DNA of 63,258 nucleotides, filler included, from Licmophora abbreviata (Eukaryota), in assembly GCA_900291995.1 (NCBI GenBank). It is 5 parts of 5 records of this genome, joined end to end, with 100 filler letters (N's around TTAATTAATTAA, not from the genome) between each part and the next. Parts side by side here need not be neighbours in the genome. Positions count along the whole stretch, not along the records: positions 1 to 24,547 come from OLMU01000421.1; 4 more parts are not named here. One strand, written 5' to 3'. Shown here piece by piece: positions 1-11,775 of the stretch (its first letter is position 1; every line of letters begins with the position of its first letter). The notes under the pieces were generated by a model that was not told the DNA's origin, did not search any database, and saw only the letters and a program-made list of their open reading frames with translations. Made by a program: the position numbers and the translations under genes.

Positions 1-423
1 CCAAAACAGAAAGCTGCAAAGCAATATCAAGGAAGACCGTTCGCCACAGAATCGACGACCCTCTTCTAAGCCCCGCCAGTATAAGTCTACCAGTGAATCA
101 TTTCCCCGTCGTCGCCGTCTGGTTTGCCTTGCGCTAGGCCGCCTTTGCTGATCTCCACGGCTTGCCCCTAGGAGACTCCGCGAGGCGACGCCTCGACGCC
201 TCATGGAACCAGGCCGCCGAAGAAAGTTGATGCCGTCGTCATACGAAGCGATCGACTCGGAACTAGCGCTGCTATGTGTTGAATCAGAATGGAAATCTTC
301 TTCATCCTCCCAGCTAGTGTCACTGTCGTGGCCAGAGTCGTCGCCAAGTACGGGCCCATCACGCGCGGGAACATGGTCGTTCATCAGAGCTCTTTCATCC
401 ATACTTTGCCCATGTCGCGACAT
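1..423 (-). CDS. 5' part of an unknown protein running off the window start (MSRHGQSMDERALMNDHVP...RRFCGERSSLILLCSFLFW)
   Basis: Stop-free minus frame from ATG at 423 to base 1. Acidic/Ser-rich, then Arg-rich, then the start of a hydrophobic segment. Missing from the ORF track because it has no stop in the window. Confidence 0.55.
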   Translation of the reverse strand, partial: MSRHGQSMDERALMNDHVPARDGPVLGDDSGHDSDTSWEDEEDFHSDSTHSSASSESIASYDDGINFLRRPGSMRRRGVASRSLLGASRGDQQRRPSARQTRRRRRGNDSLVDLYWRGLEEGRRFCGERSSLILLCSFLFW

Positions 424-978
424 TGAAATCCGCTGGGTGTATCATAGATACGCGTTCTGTGCTTTTCGTCGCTGCAGAGTCGCCGGGTGATTGCGTCCGC
501 GGTTAGAATCGCCGATTTACTTCATGGTCGAAGCCACCAACTCTCATGCGTTTCGCTAGCGTGTGCAGGTGTGGCGTGCCGAAACGCGATGCTCGGCGCG
601 GCTGAGAGTTCGAGGCGTCTCGTGGAGCTCGTCGCCCTCTAAAACTGTTGTTGATGGCAATACTTGTACGTACTTGCACATCGTTTTCTCTATAGGAGCA
701 GCTCAACAGCAAATATGCTAGTTCTATCGTGAAAGTTCTGTGTTAGAACCCAATTTACTCGTCTTGGTATTAGCTACCCTCGTATCAAACTGATGGCTTC
801 GCTCCAACACGCTCGGTGCGTCCAGCGCTCGATCTACTACCTCTTCACTGGGCGTAGCTATGTGTCAGTGATCTGCTTGCTCGATCTAGTACTCCTTAGA
901 GCGAAGCAACAATCTCCCAACAATGTCCGCGCAAAGTGAAGGTTAGGAACTCCTAATTGTCCTATTCCGATTCTGGTG

Positions 979-1299
979 CTAGCCTGTCCTCTCCTTACTG
1001 CTCCGGGTTGGCACCGAGTCGAGCCATTTTATTGGGTGACGATTGTAGATTGGCCAGTCGGGAACACAAAGCTAAAAAGATAATTCACGCAGTCAATAAT
1101 ACCAGCTCAATCCAGCACGCAAGCGGCAGCCATCACAAAAAGCACGTACCACTACGGACAACGCGACGCCGCCTAACCAAGGGTAGAATACCAGCGTGAA
1201 ATCTTGATGGATGTAGCCAAATATCCAGCCAACTCCACCGAATCCCAAGATGATCCAATAAAAGAGGAATTCCGATAACTTTTGGCCTTCGTAGTCCAT
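979..1299 (-). CDS. SPCS1: Signal peptidase complex subunit 1 (SPC12), 2 exons (1299-1150, 1071-979)
   Basis: MDYEGQKLSE, two TM segments, a GT-AG intron, then LCVPDWPIYNRHPIKWL: the SPC12 signature MD..GQ / P.WP.Y.RHP..W. Confidence 0.92.
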
Positions 1300-1793
1300 G
1301 GTGATTGCAGCCGCAGTTGACAGACACTGATGTGTTGTTGTTGATGATACAGTGTTGCGATCGCGCTGATGTCGCCGGATGCGTCGCTGTGTCGTGGGCG
1401 TGTGCTCCACGTGGAAGAGAAGAAGTGTCTGTCATTCTTCCGATATCACTGTAAGTCGCCGATTAGTGGGTCCAATGGCTTTCTATGACTCACTCTACTT
1501 CTGCTATCCGCATATATATATGGGAGAGACAGCAGCTCGCATTACGGCTGTCCTAGAGTGCGCTTGCTTAGTTGGCCAAGATGCGCATGCCATACAGAGG
1601 AAACGAACCATGCCGTAGCTAGGCTAATTATAGATACACGTATCCGGCTGCTCGTACCTACAAGAGAGAGAGACTACCGGTACCCAACTCGGAACTCATT
1701 TCATCAACACTATCTGCATTTCGACACTGTCTGTCACGCGTATTGTGTTAAAGAGAAATTAGATTCGTATGCCTATGCCATGATTCGTTCTAC

Positions 1794-3826
1794 CTATGGA
1801 CACTGGTATGCTTCGGGCACGAAACTCTTGGTCAACGCGTTCGGAATCGGCGCGCCGGTCGCCGACGACGTGACGCTCGTAACTTCAATGGGGCAGAGGA
1901 GCGTCTGACTGGTGAACATGACCTGAATGGGAAAGAATGCATCGGGATTGCTTCCAGCAATCGAGAATTCCATGCTCCCCGACGCATTGTCTTTGCTGAG
2001 CTCATCAAAGTGCCAGCACAACATGCCCGCCCGTGGATCGTGCTTGTACTCTCCGTCTATCGACTCCAAGACGGGCGGATCAGTCGTGCCCAACGGCAAG
2101 ACGATGTTGACGTCTTGAAGCGTCACATGGTCTGACCGTGTGAATTCGACTTCCATGTTGACATTGATAGAGCCGCTGCCTTCGTCTTCTGGCCAGCAGT
2201 TGATGGTGATGGGTGCGGCGTCCTCGCCGCCGTAACTCCAGCGAAGAATACCTACTGGGCGACTGACAGGGAAGCCCTTGCCTCCCTTGAGAGTCAAGAC
2301 ACCATTCTGTTCGTACGTCTTCTTGTCCACCTTGGGGTGGGTCGCAATGTTCCAGTTGGACAATCCGCTCAGGACGTTCTTGTTGACATTGACGATAGCT
2401 GCCGTGCCAGCGTCCGTGTTTGCAGTGAGACTAAGAGTTCCCTTGACCTCACAACTCTCGATGCCACCTTCGCGGTTCAAGATGGCGCTGACCTTTTCTT
2501 CGAGCGCCAACGTCAGGGGCGTCGATGGCGTCGCCGCGGCTGCAGGGGGAGCGGCGCCGAGTGCTGATGCGGAACTCGAAATAGGGAAGAGGTTGTCTTC
2601 GGCTGCCATTGCGGCCATGAGCGAATCTTTCTTGACACTGCCTCCGCCAAGCTTCATGCCACCCTTGGCAAGTACCTTGGGGGGTTCCGGCTTGGGCGCC
2701 GCTGGCGCTCCGTATGGATTGTAGTCGCCGCCGGGAGGTGGCTGTTGTCCGTAGCCACCCTGTTCGAGCTGATCAAACATACCGGGGCCTTGTGGTGGGC
2801 CACCCCCACCGAATCCCGTCATGCCACCCGAAGGACCTCCCATCGGTTGGCCATTGACGAGATTTTGTCGAAGCTGCGCCATCTGTCGATCCTTGATTTG
2901 CTTGGCCTGTCGGCGCATCTCGTCCTTGGCGGCGTCTTCCTTGGACTGCTTCATGGCCAAATAGACCTTCTCCTCGTGACTGTCCATTTCCAGGTTCGTC
3001 CGAATGTTGGAAAGAGTCACTTCTTCTTTGTATCCACCAGCGGTGAGCACTTCGTCAAAGGCAAAGATGATATCAAAGGCGTTCTCGTTGATGGACCTCT
3101 CTTGCAATCCGCCGGCGACGTCGGGCACGACCTTGGCGAGCAGCCGCAGCGTGCCAAGATCCTCAACAATGTTCGACGCCTTGGTGGTGATGAGTAGAAG
3201 GTACATGTGATTTTCAAGCGGCTGGTAGACGTAGCGAACTGTGTCGGTCTCGACGTAGGTGTGTTGCTTTGAGTGCCCGACGAGTTTGGGAAATGCCGCA
3301 AGGAGACCCTCAATTCGAAGCCGATTCATCTCGACGAACTGTCGCGACACGAGCGCCTTGCCGCTCTTTGTACAGATGCTGGCTGAAAGAACGACCTGTT
3401 AGGATAAAAGGAGGGAATTCAAGAGAAAGAAGTTAGCAAGCCGAAGGAGACGAAAGAGCCGCGCCAGAGCACCGATACTCGTGAGATATATGGATCACAA
3501 GCTTCATTCTGTCTGTCACCGTCGCATCTTCGCGGCTGCTGCACACCAGCGCAAAAATGCAAAGTATCTGCGGACTGCAGCAGGAGCTCAAGCAGTGCGT
3601 TTCCGACGTCCGAACATCCGTGGCTCTCATGCCTGCTTCCAACACCATCGGCGCGGGAGTAGCCCCGTAGAACCAGTACCGGAGGTACCGAGGCCGCGTG
3701 CCATTCAATGACGGTGCGAGGAGGCGCAATCTTGTCGTCTCATTTCGTCCCAATTTCAACTCCTTCTCTACGCTCCTGCCTTCTCATATACTCTTCCTCT
3801 CACTACAGAACGAAGTAGCTCACCAT
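1794..3826 (-). CDS. ARCN1: Coatomer delta subunit; first coding exon is only the ATG (3826-3824), intron 3823-3396, exon 2 3395-1794
   Basis: Spliced N-terminus MVVLSASICTKSGKALVSRQFVEMNRLRIEGLLAAFPKL, plus HTYVETDTVRYVYQP, FAFDE and a C-terminal mu-homology domain (NCWP, GSMEF, FFPIQV). Confidence 0.95.
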
Positions 3827-4165
3827 GGTTGCGTATAAGTCTATCCAGGAGATCCAAAACGACGGGCGAATCCAACCGGGACGATCGCAATGGTCGTGAC
3901 CGAGCGATGACCGCCCGCTTGGTACCGTCTGTAGCTACCGGTACTTTTTGTACGTGAGGGCTTGTAAAGTCATCATTTTGGACTCCTTCGACTGAATCGA
4001 ATCCACCTTCTCACGAGCTCGCTTCGAATGGGCTGTCATTGACCTCGCAGATCGCGCCAAAATTTGGAACTCAAATAAAGCGCAACATCACACACAAAAA
4101 GCCAGAAGACAACAATCGCGTCCCTTGAGTGGCTATCGCTGTCGTATTGAAGCCTTCATTGGACC

Positions 4166-7100
4166 ATGACGGCACCCAATCCCACTAGTTTAGCGCTAGG
4201 AGATGATGGAGAGGACCATCCTCGACGCATGTTGCTCATTGGGAAGCATTTGGTGGCGTACGGTGGTGACCACGGGACCATTTCTCTGGTCAGCAATGCT
4301 GATGACGCCAAAGTCGTCCGTAACTTTGACGATGCCGTACGAGCCTTGGCAGTGTCTCACGACCTTCTCCGGGTGGCCGTTGGCTTCGACGACGGGTCGA
4401 CTCAAATCTTTGCCTACGAAAAATCGGCACTCGACGACAATGAACTTCATCCCTTCTTGCACAACGGCGGTGCGACGAATGATGATACCATGGACGAATC
4501 TCAAGACTTCTTGTCTCAGTCCGACGGACTCGCTCCCATTACTACTACTTCCAACGAGGGCGAATCATTCTTTCTTGGCCCTCGTTTTGATGCTCCCGCT
4601 CGTCACCTTCAATTCGATCCGCGCTCGTATCATTTGGCCATTGCCACCGAGGCCGGACTGTGCATTGTGGACGTGACTACCTCCAAGTCGCTCGAAACGC
4701 GTTACTTGCAAGAGAGCGTGGAAAAGGAACACGACTCGTGTGGTATTCGAGGAGTGAGCTACCGGAAGACTCTTGATGGCAAAGTGATGCTTGCTACTCT
4801 CGCCATGGACGGTCGTCTCTGCGTCTGGGACGTGACGGCCCCCAACCAAGATCCTCTCCTGGATTACGAACTCGTGCTGCGCGACAGTCACAAGTGTGTG
4901 ACGCAACCTGATGTGGGAGAAATTAACGGGGCCAATGCCTTTGATCGCTCGTGTCTTCCGGTCTTTGGTCGGGATTTTCTGGCGCTGCCTGGCCTCACCG
5001 ATGTCCAGCTGCGTCGTGTTGGATCGTCCTTGAAGGAGCAGTCCTTTTTGTCCAGTGTGGGGGGACAGGGTCATGTTGACACGATTGTGGCTCTTGCGTT
5101 TTCCCCAGATAATCGGTATTTGATAACGAGTGGACGGGACGGTCGCGTCATCTTGTGGGAATTGGATCCAAACAATGTACGTACTAACGAGTTCTGTGTT
5201 TTATTTGTTGAGGACCACGACGAAAGACGCCACTCACAGTTTTGCTCACGTGTTCTTCTGCTCAGGATGACGGGTCCTTTGGATCATTTGTAGCGCAGAT
5301 CGGCCACTATGACTCTATTCCGACACACATGATCTGGAACAAGGACGATCAAGGGGAGACGCTCTACATTGCCTCTGCCAACGGATCACTCTGCACGATT
5401 CGTGGCCGCGACAAGATTGTTCCGACGAGCATCACTAGCGGCTCATCCTCGGAGATTCAAGAGTCTGACGAAACATCGGCAAAGGCCAACAACAATGTAA
5501 ACAATGCTCCAAAGGATAGCAGACACAAGCGTATTGCCAATAAATCGACTGCCTTCGGCGAGTCGGACGATGATGACGACGACAACACGATTGCTTTCAA
5601 CAAGGAGGATGAAATCGATGCTCAAGGTCCGAAGAACAAAGGCGAGAAGAAGACGTCATTTGTTGTCGACGAGGCAGAAGAGGACGACGACGACGAATTG
5701 GTGGGCGTCGACGCTGCTCCAACCGTGGGCGACAAGAATGACGACCTAGAAAGTGAAGCGACAGGCGAGGACGACTTGCTCCCTCTTGGGAACGATGAAG
5801 ACGACTTTGACCACAACGACGACTACGAAGTCGATGCAGATCATTCTCGAGTGACCTTCGGCCGCCGGGACGGCTACATGAAGCTTCCTGAGCCTCAGCC
5901 GGCGTTTGCCCCTTCCTCAACGCCATTGGATCTCACCCGTCGCATTATGTGCTGGAATCATATTGGAACGGTCTCCCTCCTCCGGGGCGAGGACGACATG
6001 ACGCTTAACACGGTTGACATCGAGTTCACCGATGGGGCGACGCGTCGCCCCGTTAGCTTTACCGATAACATGAACTTTATTCTTGGTTCGCTTGGAGAGG
6101 ATGGGGGCATTTTTGCCACCGATTTGGCGGATGACGACATGGATGGAGTGGGCGACGATGTCGTCGGTGATCTTGTGGAGGGGCTCCATATGTCGGAACG
6201 TACAAAAGCGCTGGTGCGTCGGAGCCATCGAAAGCGCATGAAGAAGGCTGCGGGAGAATCGGGAAAATCTTCTGGATCGAGTGTGTACTTTCACCGCTTC
6301 AACACGTTCGGCGCGCTCCGGGACAAGGACTGGTACATGACACTCCCGGATGGCGAGAGGGCCATGGGATGCGCTTGCGGTGAAGGTTGGGCAGCGACAA
6401 TGACGAGGTGAGTACGAATGACTCTCTCCACGTGCTATCGACCCATTGCTATCAATCCTAACTTGTGTGTCTCCATCCCAGTCGCCGCTTTCTTCGTTTC
6501 TTCTCATCGGGAGGAAACCAGGGCCCGATCGTGTGGCTCAAGGGAGAACCCGTAACAATTGTAGGTCGCTCAACGTTTGTTGCTGTCATCTACCATGACG
6601 GTAGTCCCTTGCCGGATGGAACGCAAAAGCTCGGCTACGCTCTGTTTGACGGGCTGACTGCTCGGCAGATTGCATCGGGCGCCGTGTCTAGTATCAGCAC
6701 GCGCAGCAAACTTACTTGGGCTGGATTCAGTAATGACTGTTCGCTCATGGTGATGGACAGTGACGGTATGATCTCCATGCTGGTGAGCATGAAGGGTACG
6801 GACGGAAGTCCGAACGAATCCTTCGCGTGGGAATGGTCGCCTATGTTGGACACGGTCGGACTCCGCAAGTCGGCCGACGATAACTTCTTCCCCATTACAT
6901 GCCAAGACGGAAAACTCATCTGCGTGCCTCTCAAGGGAGGCAATGAGTACCCCGACGCCGTCCGACGTCCGGTCACGGCGACTCTATCGTTGAGAATGCC
7001 ACTCGCCCGTGACACGCTCGATACGGGCATGCAACTGGAGGAGATTTCTGTTCGAGCCAACCTTGCGCTGACACAGAAGAAGTTTCTCAACGAGTCCTTG

Positions 7101-7682
7101 GCGCTCGACGCGGAGGAGAAAGACGAATCGGAAGAGGAGTACACTGTATTGTGCGCCCAGGTGGACAAGGTTACGCTCAAGCTCTACATGGCGATTGTCG
7201 AGGCTGGGAAGTTGGAACGTGCTCTGGATCTCGTCGAAAGGCTTCATCTGGAAAAGAGTTTCGACATTGCCATGACGATTGCCGATCGCCTCAACCACCG
7301 CAACCTCAGTGATCGCATCAATTCTGTCATGGACCGACGCTTCCCCGAAGAGGACGAGGAGCAATTTGAAACGCTTCCCCAAATCGATTACACCACACGC
7401 GACGAGGTCGAAGCGGATGCTGAATCGACCCAAGTCAGTCCGGATTGGGCGAACGAGCGCAAACGTACAACGGATGACGAATGGGAAGCACCGAAGAAGA
7501 AGAAGAGCAAGACAACGCTTGCCAAGCCTTCGAATCCGTTTGCAAAGAGGAAAATGGAGAGTCCTGCACGTCCGTCAATGTCCCCCGCAAAGAGCACACC
7601 CACCAGACCTGCTCTGTCCAGACTGTCTACATTCAGTGCCAAGTCGCGGGAGAAGACGAAGGGTTACAAACGTATCTTGTAG
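4166..7682 (+). CDS. WDHD1: WD40 + SepB replisome factor Ctf4/And-1, 3 exons (4166-5176, 5266-6407, 6482-7682)
   Basis: N-terminal WD40 repeats (GHVDTIVALAFSPDNRYLITSGRDGRVILWE), an acidic linker, SepB motifs QPAFAPSSTP / RRIMCWNHIG / RFLRFFS / DSDG / W.P.LD and a helical C-terminus. Canonical splice sites join the three ORFs in frame. Confidence 0.88.
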
Positions 7683-8617
7683 CTGGTTAATTTGATCTTC
7701 GCAAGGATCCGATATCTCGACAATCGAAATAGTTCGAGGTGGCACGAGTACTATACTAGTTCGATTATCGGAAGCCTCGTTGTTTAGCTTTTGCTGGAGT
7801 CCAGTGTTGTTCGTCGAGCAGTCGGATGTTGTGATATTGTGGTCCTGGTTTGACTAAAATGTGCGCTCACGTAGGATTCTACAGCGAATTCATATATGAC
7901 GTCAGTTCACGGACTGAGAGAATAGTGACTTCAACTGGAACAGATGTTTCATGGCGTGCATTGATATTTTTTGGGCTGATCGCTTCGAACGATTTAGATA
8001 GGGAGGTCTTGAATAAGACGTAGAATTTTTATACGAAGACATATGTCCGTTATATTGATGCACCTTCTGTAGAGTTTTACACATGCGATACCATGTAGTC
8101 TCCCATACGTTTTTTACATACCTGTTCTACATACTTTGCCACGCGTGAAGTGAAATTCACAGAGCCACAAATTGCGTGGAACAAGGAGCAGCATCATCAT
8201 CGTGCCAGTGTCTCATCGCTCATCAAGCAAGGTAAATGAATCTGTTGCGACTGGCATAGGTCTTTGGGGAACGCTGGCGACGTTCTAAGTGTGAGATCTG
8301 TGTGAGGAGATAAAATCGTGCTTTGATGGAGGTTTTGGGGAAATTGACGAATCTGGAGGTGGTCGCAAAAGCGAACAGTGCCCTTGCGGAGGTGTTTTGA
8401 GTCGTCGCCCCTGCAACACTTGACGGAGTGGCCTTTGGTTCTTGTGATCTTTCTTCTTTGAACTCACAGTCTTTCCCTTCCATTACGTGTCTCTGTCGCC
8501 TGATTGCGAAGGTGGAGCTTTCGTGGCTTAACTCAGCATCCAGGACACTACTCTCCAGGCAATACTGCAACTTTTAGCGTTCGCTCGTTGTAGTCTACTT
8601 TTTTGTCTATCGAGAGT

Positions 8618-10149
8618 ATGCTAAGGACTGCTTCGGTCAATACAGAAGATTTATTTCCAACGGACTACTTTACTCCCAAACAAGCCGACACTGAAGCTGC
8701 GAGCACTGTGGGTAACGACACTGTTCTTGACGCTTCCAGACTTGATTTCATCGCTTCCAAGCTAACAACGAAGCCTACCGCTTCCAACACGCGAGAACCG
8801 ACTGCTCTAGCTTCTTCTTCAGCAGTCACCACTGTCACCAACACGACAACTTCGAAAACATCCAAGTCGAAGAAAAAGAAGAGCCAACTCACTGTCATCA
8901 TGGCAACGGCTCAGAACGCGGCACCCGTCTCATCGGGCGCCCCTGGGGAAAACACTGGCCGCTGGACGGCCGAAGAGCATCGCCTCTTCCTTCAAGGGCT
9001 GGAACAGCACGGCAAGGGATGGAAGAAGATCGCATCTCTCATCAAATCGCGAACGGTTGTGCAGATTCGAACGCACGCGCAGAAGTACTTCCAGAAACTC
9101 GCCAAGGCGAGACAGAATGGAGATGAAGGCGAAGTCCCAATGGAAGGCCGCAATGGGCCGAGTGCCACTGGCTCCGTTGGAATCGCCACGGCGGGATCCC
9201 ACAGCGGTGCACGACGACGACCGACGACAGGTACCAAGCGCAAGGCCATCTCGTCCGTTGTGAAGAGTGCCACGCGACAGGGCAAAAAGATGGCTGCCGC
9301 CCAGGCGGCAGCTGGCGTACCACTCCCTGCACCGCCGCTACCGGCCGTCGCACCGGCTCTGGCTCCCTTCCTACCGCCGGAGCCTCCAACAAGCCTAGCC
9401 ATTCCGTCTATCTCAACGGCGCATGGAACAATCTCTGGGCCTGCTCTGGAAGACTCGCTGTAAGTCACGTTGTCCTAGTGTTGTTTTACTTGCATTGTCT
9501 CGCCTTGTATGAGTCAATCGGCTGACATGAGTGTATACCCCTATTTCCCTATCTCGACAGCTTCCGCTTCCTTACCCCTGTTCCGGTGACGTCTGATCCT
9601 GGGCAAGTCAACGAAGTGGCTCGCTCGGCTGGCGCCAATCCGATCACGCTCCCTTCCGAGAACCCGTCTACCGCGCCATGTGCCGCTGGCGACATTAGCC
9701 CTACCGGGGTTACTGACTACACGCTCTACCCGACGTGGACCGACGCCAAGGATATTCCTTCCTGGTATGCCAAGGGCGCGGATGTCGACTGCCTCCTCGA
9801 TGTGGCCGACAACCTTGACTGGCTTGCCGATACTGGTGATCTTCACGAGACCTACGTGGCTCCCGCAGACGAGGACGACGACGGGGTCTCCAAGGCGCCA
9901 TCGATCCCAAGTCTGAACTCGGATGCTCTAGCTGGAATGGACACGTCGGTCCCTCTGCCGACTTTGTTCGACAACACGGCACCTCTTTCCAAGAAGGCGA
10001 AGCTATCGTCCGGTGATATTGCCGGCTCCTCCGATAGTGTCCACGAGCATCTTCAAGTGTTTGACATGCCCATGGAAGAGCACGCCTTTGTCACGGCTCT
10101 TCTCGAGAACAACGGCGAGAGCGCCGAATCCCTCCCGGTCCTTGGCTAG
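8618..10149 (+). CDS. Single-repeat MYB-related (SHAQKYF class) transcription factor, 2 exons (8618-9459, 9561-10149)
   Basis: GRWTAEEHRLFLQGLEQHGKGWKKIASLIKSRTVVQIRTHAQKYF. A GT-AG intron joins the two ORFs (DSLFRFLTP). Confidence 0.92.
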
Positions 10150-10321
10150 TAAGAGCAACACATGACGGACTGCATCAAGAAATTTCACACTCATTCTTTC
10201 TCCATCCATCCATCTACATTGACCTTTTTACTACATGAATGCTCCCGACCAGGAGTTTCACACACCATGATTGATGCGTCCACTGCGAAAACTGAAAACT
10301 AGAAAAAAATGTGTATCGGGT

Positions 10322-10400
10322 TTTACATGACACGGGTTTCAACGGAAACATGCCTACTATTAGGCTACAGACTGTATGCTCTAGTTCATGCTTTGGTAGC
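10322..10400 (+). repeat. Copy 1 of a diverged ~80-90 bp direct repeat
   Basis: tttacatg..caacggaaacatg..tactatt..ggctacaga..ctagttcatgctttggtagc. The last 20 nt match 11303-11322 at 19/20. Confidence 0.7.
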
Positions 10401-10547
10401 TTACTTTTTGCTATCGCGTGCATTAGTCTAGCAACTTCCCTACTGTTACAGACCAATAGAAGTGTTGGCGTTTCATGTTGCGTTTGGCGGAGCGACGAGA
10501 TGGCGACAAACGGGTAGATTCACGTCCCCGCCTGTAGATCAGCTCCA

Positions 10548-10960
10548 ATGCCTACTTTGGTCGAGATACCGATTGACGATATTGAGATTATCGAACCTCT
10601 TGGGGACACAATGGCGTTGTGTTTCTCGCCAATTGGCATGGTCAGCAGGTGGCACTCAAGCAGTTCGACGTCGGAAAGGACGGATATGAGAATATGATAA
10701 GGAGTTGGCCGCGTACTTAGCATTGAAGGATACTTGGGGCTCGTTAGTACCCACACCCCTGTTTGTGTCTGAGTCTTGGCCGGGTTGGATCAAGTTCATT
10801 GGCTTGCAGCTTGGACGAGTCTGTCCATTTTGGAGAATGAGTGCGGCTTTCATCACGATGATGCGCGGGCCGGCAACATGTTTTTCATCTTTGACGAGAA
10901 GACCAAGACCGAGAGACTGGTCGCTATTGATCTTGAATCGTACATTGATATGTGTCTTGC
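10548..10960 (+). pseudogene. Frameshifted protein-kinase-like gene fragment
   Basis: Across about three frameshifts it reads IEIIEPLG/GHNGVVFLANWHGQQVALKQFDVGKDGYE/YDKELAAYLALKDTWGSLVPTPLF...GLQLGR/ILENECGFHHDDARAGNMFF...LVAIDLES: G-loop, VAxK, alphaC Glu, HxD..N loop and DFG-like DLE, in the correct order. Confidence 0.75.
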
Positions 10961-11231
10961 TCGCCAATTGCCTTGTCTTGGTCTAGCTAGCTTCTGTGTG
11001 CTGGCACGCACAGAGCCCTGGCGCCGAGATGACTTCGTCGTCGGTCGCAAACTCGGGCTATCTACGGATTGAGGTACCCAGTGTCGCTACTATTTGTGCG
11101 TAGTGTCCGGTGAGCTAATCTCCCGCCCTTGGACTTGTAGAGATAGACGCCTACCTAATGTTGAGGTTGTCTAGCTATTAGCCACTGTAATCAGGTATGC
11201 GACGAACGCAGAACGTTGTTTCAACCCGATA

Positions 11232-11322
11232 TTTACATGTTGCGTGTTCCAACTTTGCAACGGAGATATGATTACTATTTTTTGGTTACGGAGTGATGAA
11301 TGCTAGTTCATGCTTGGGTAGC
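11232..11322 (+). repeat. Copy 2 of the diverged direct repeat
   Basis: tttacatg..caacggagatatg..tactatt..ggttacgga..ctagttcatgcttgggtagc, colinear with 10322-10400. Confidence 0.7.
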
Positions 11323-11775
11323 ATGTGATGGTGCTTGGCAGTGATGGGGAAGCTATCATCGCCGTTGCGCAAAACGTTGTCGATAAGTATTGGTGTTCTG
11401 CACCATATATCAATGGGTCATTCTGCGACACTGGCATAGCGCCTGGATACGGAAAGTGTGCACCTTTCACGGCAGACTCTCTCTCTCTATTGTGTTGCTG
11501 ATACATCATCGTTGTGGCACAGTTTGCTTCAAAGAGGTCACGTCTTGTGCCGTATAGATCTGACGTCTTCGCACTGTGCATTGTAATCGATCGGCAGCAG
11601 CAAGAGTGCAAGTAGAAAAAGGCGCGGATCAATCAGGACAGAGGAACGAAAGACTTGTGTCCAGAGCTATACCCTCCTTGTGCCTTTGGCAACGGCATCC
11701 TAGTGTTTTGAACGCGTTACGAAGGGCCCGCAAGGTCGCTGTGTCAAAGGTTGTACCCAAGAACTGGACCGTCGA

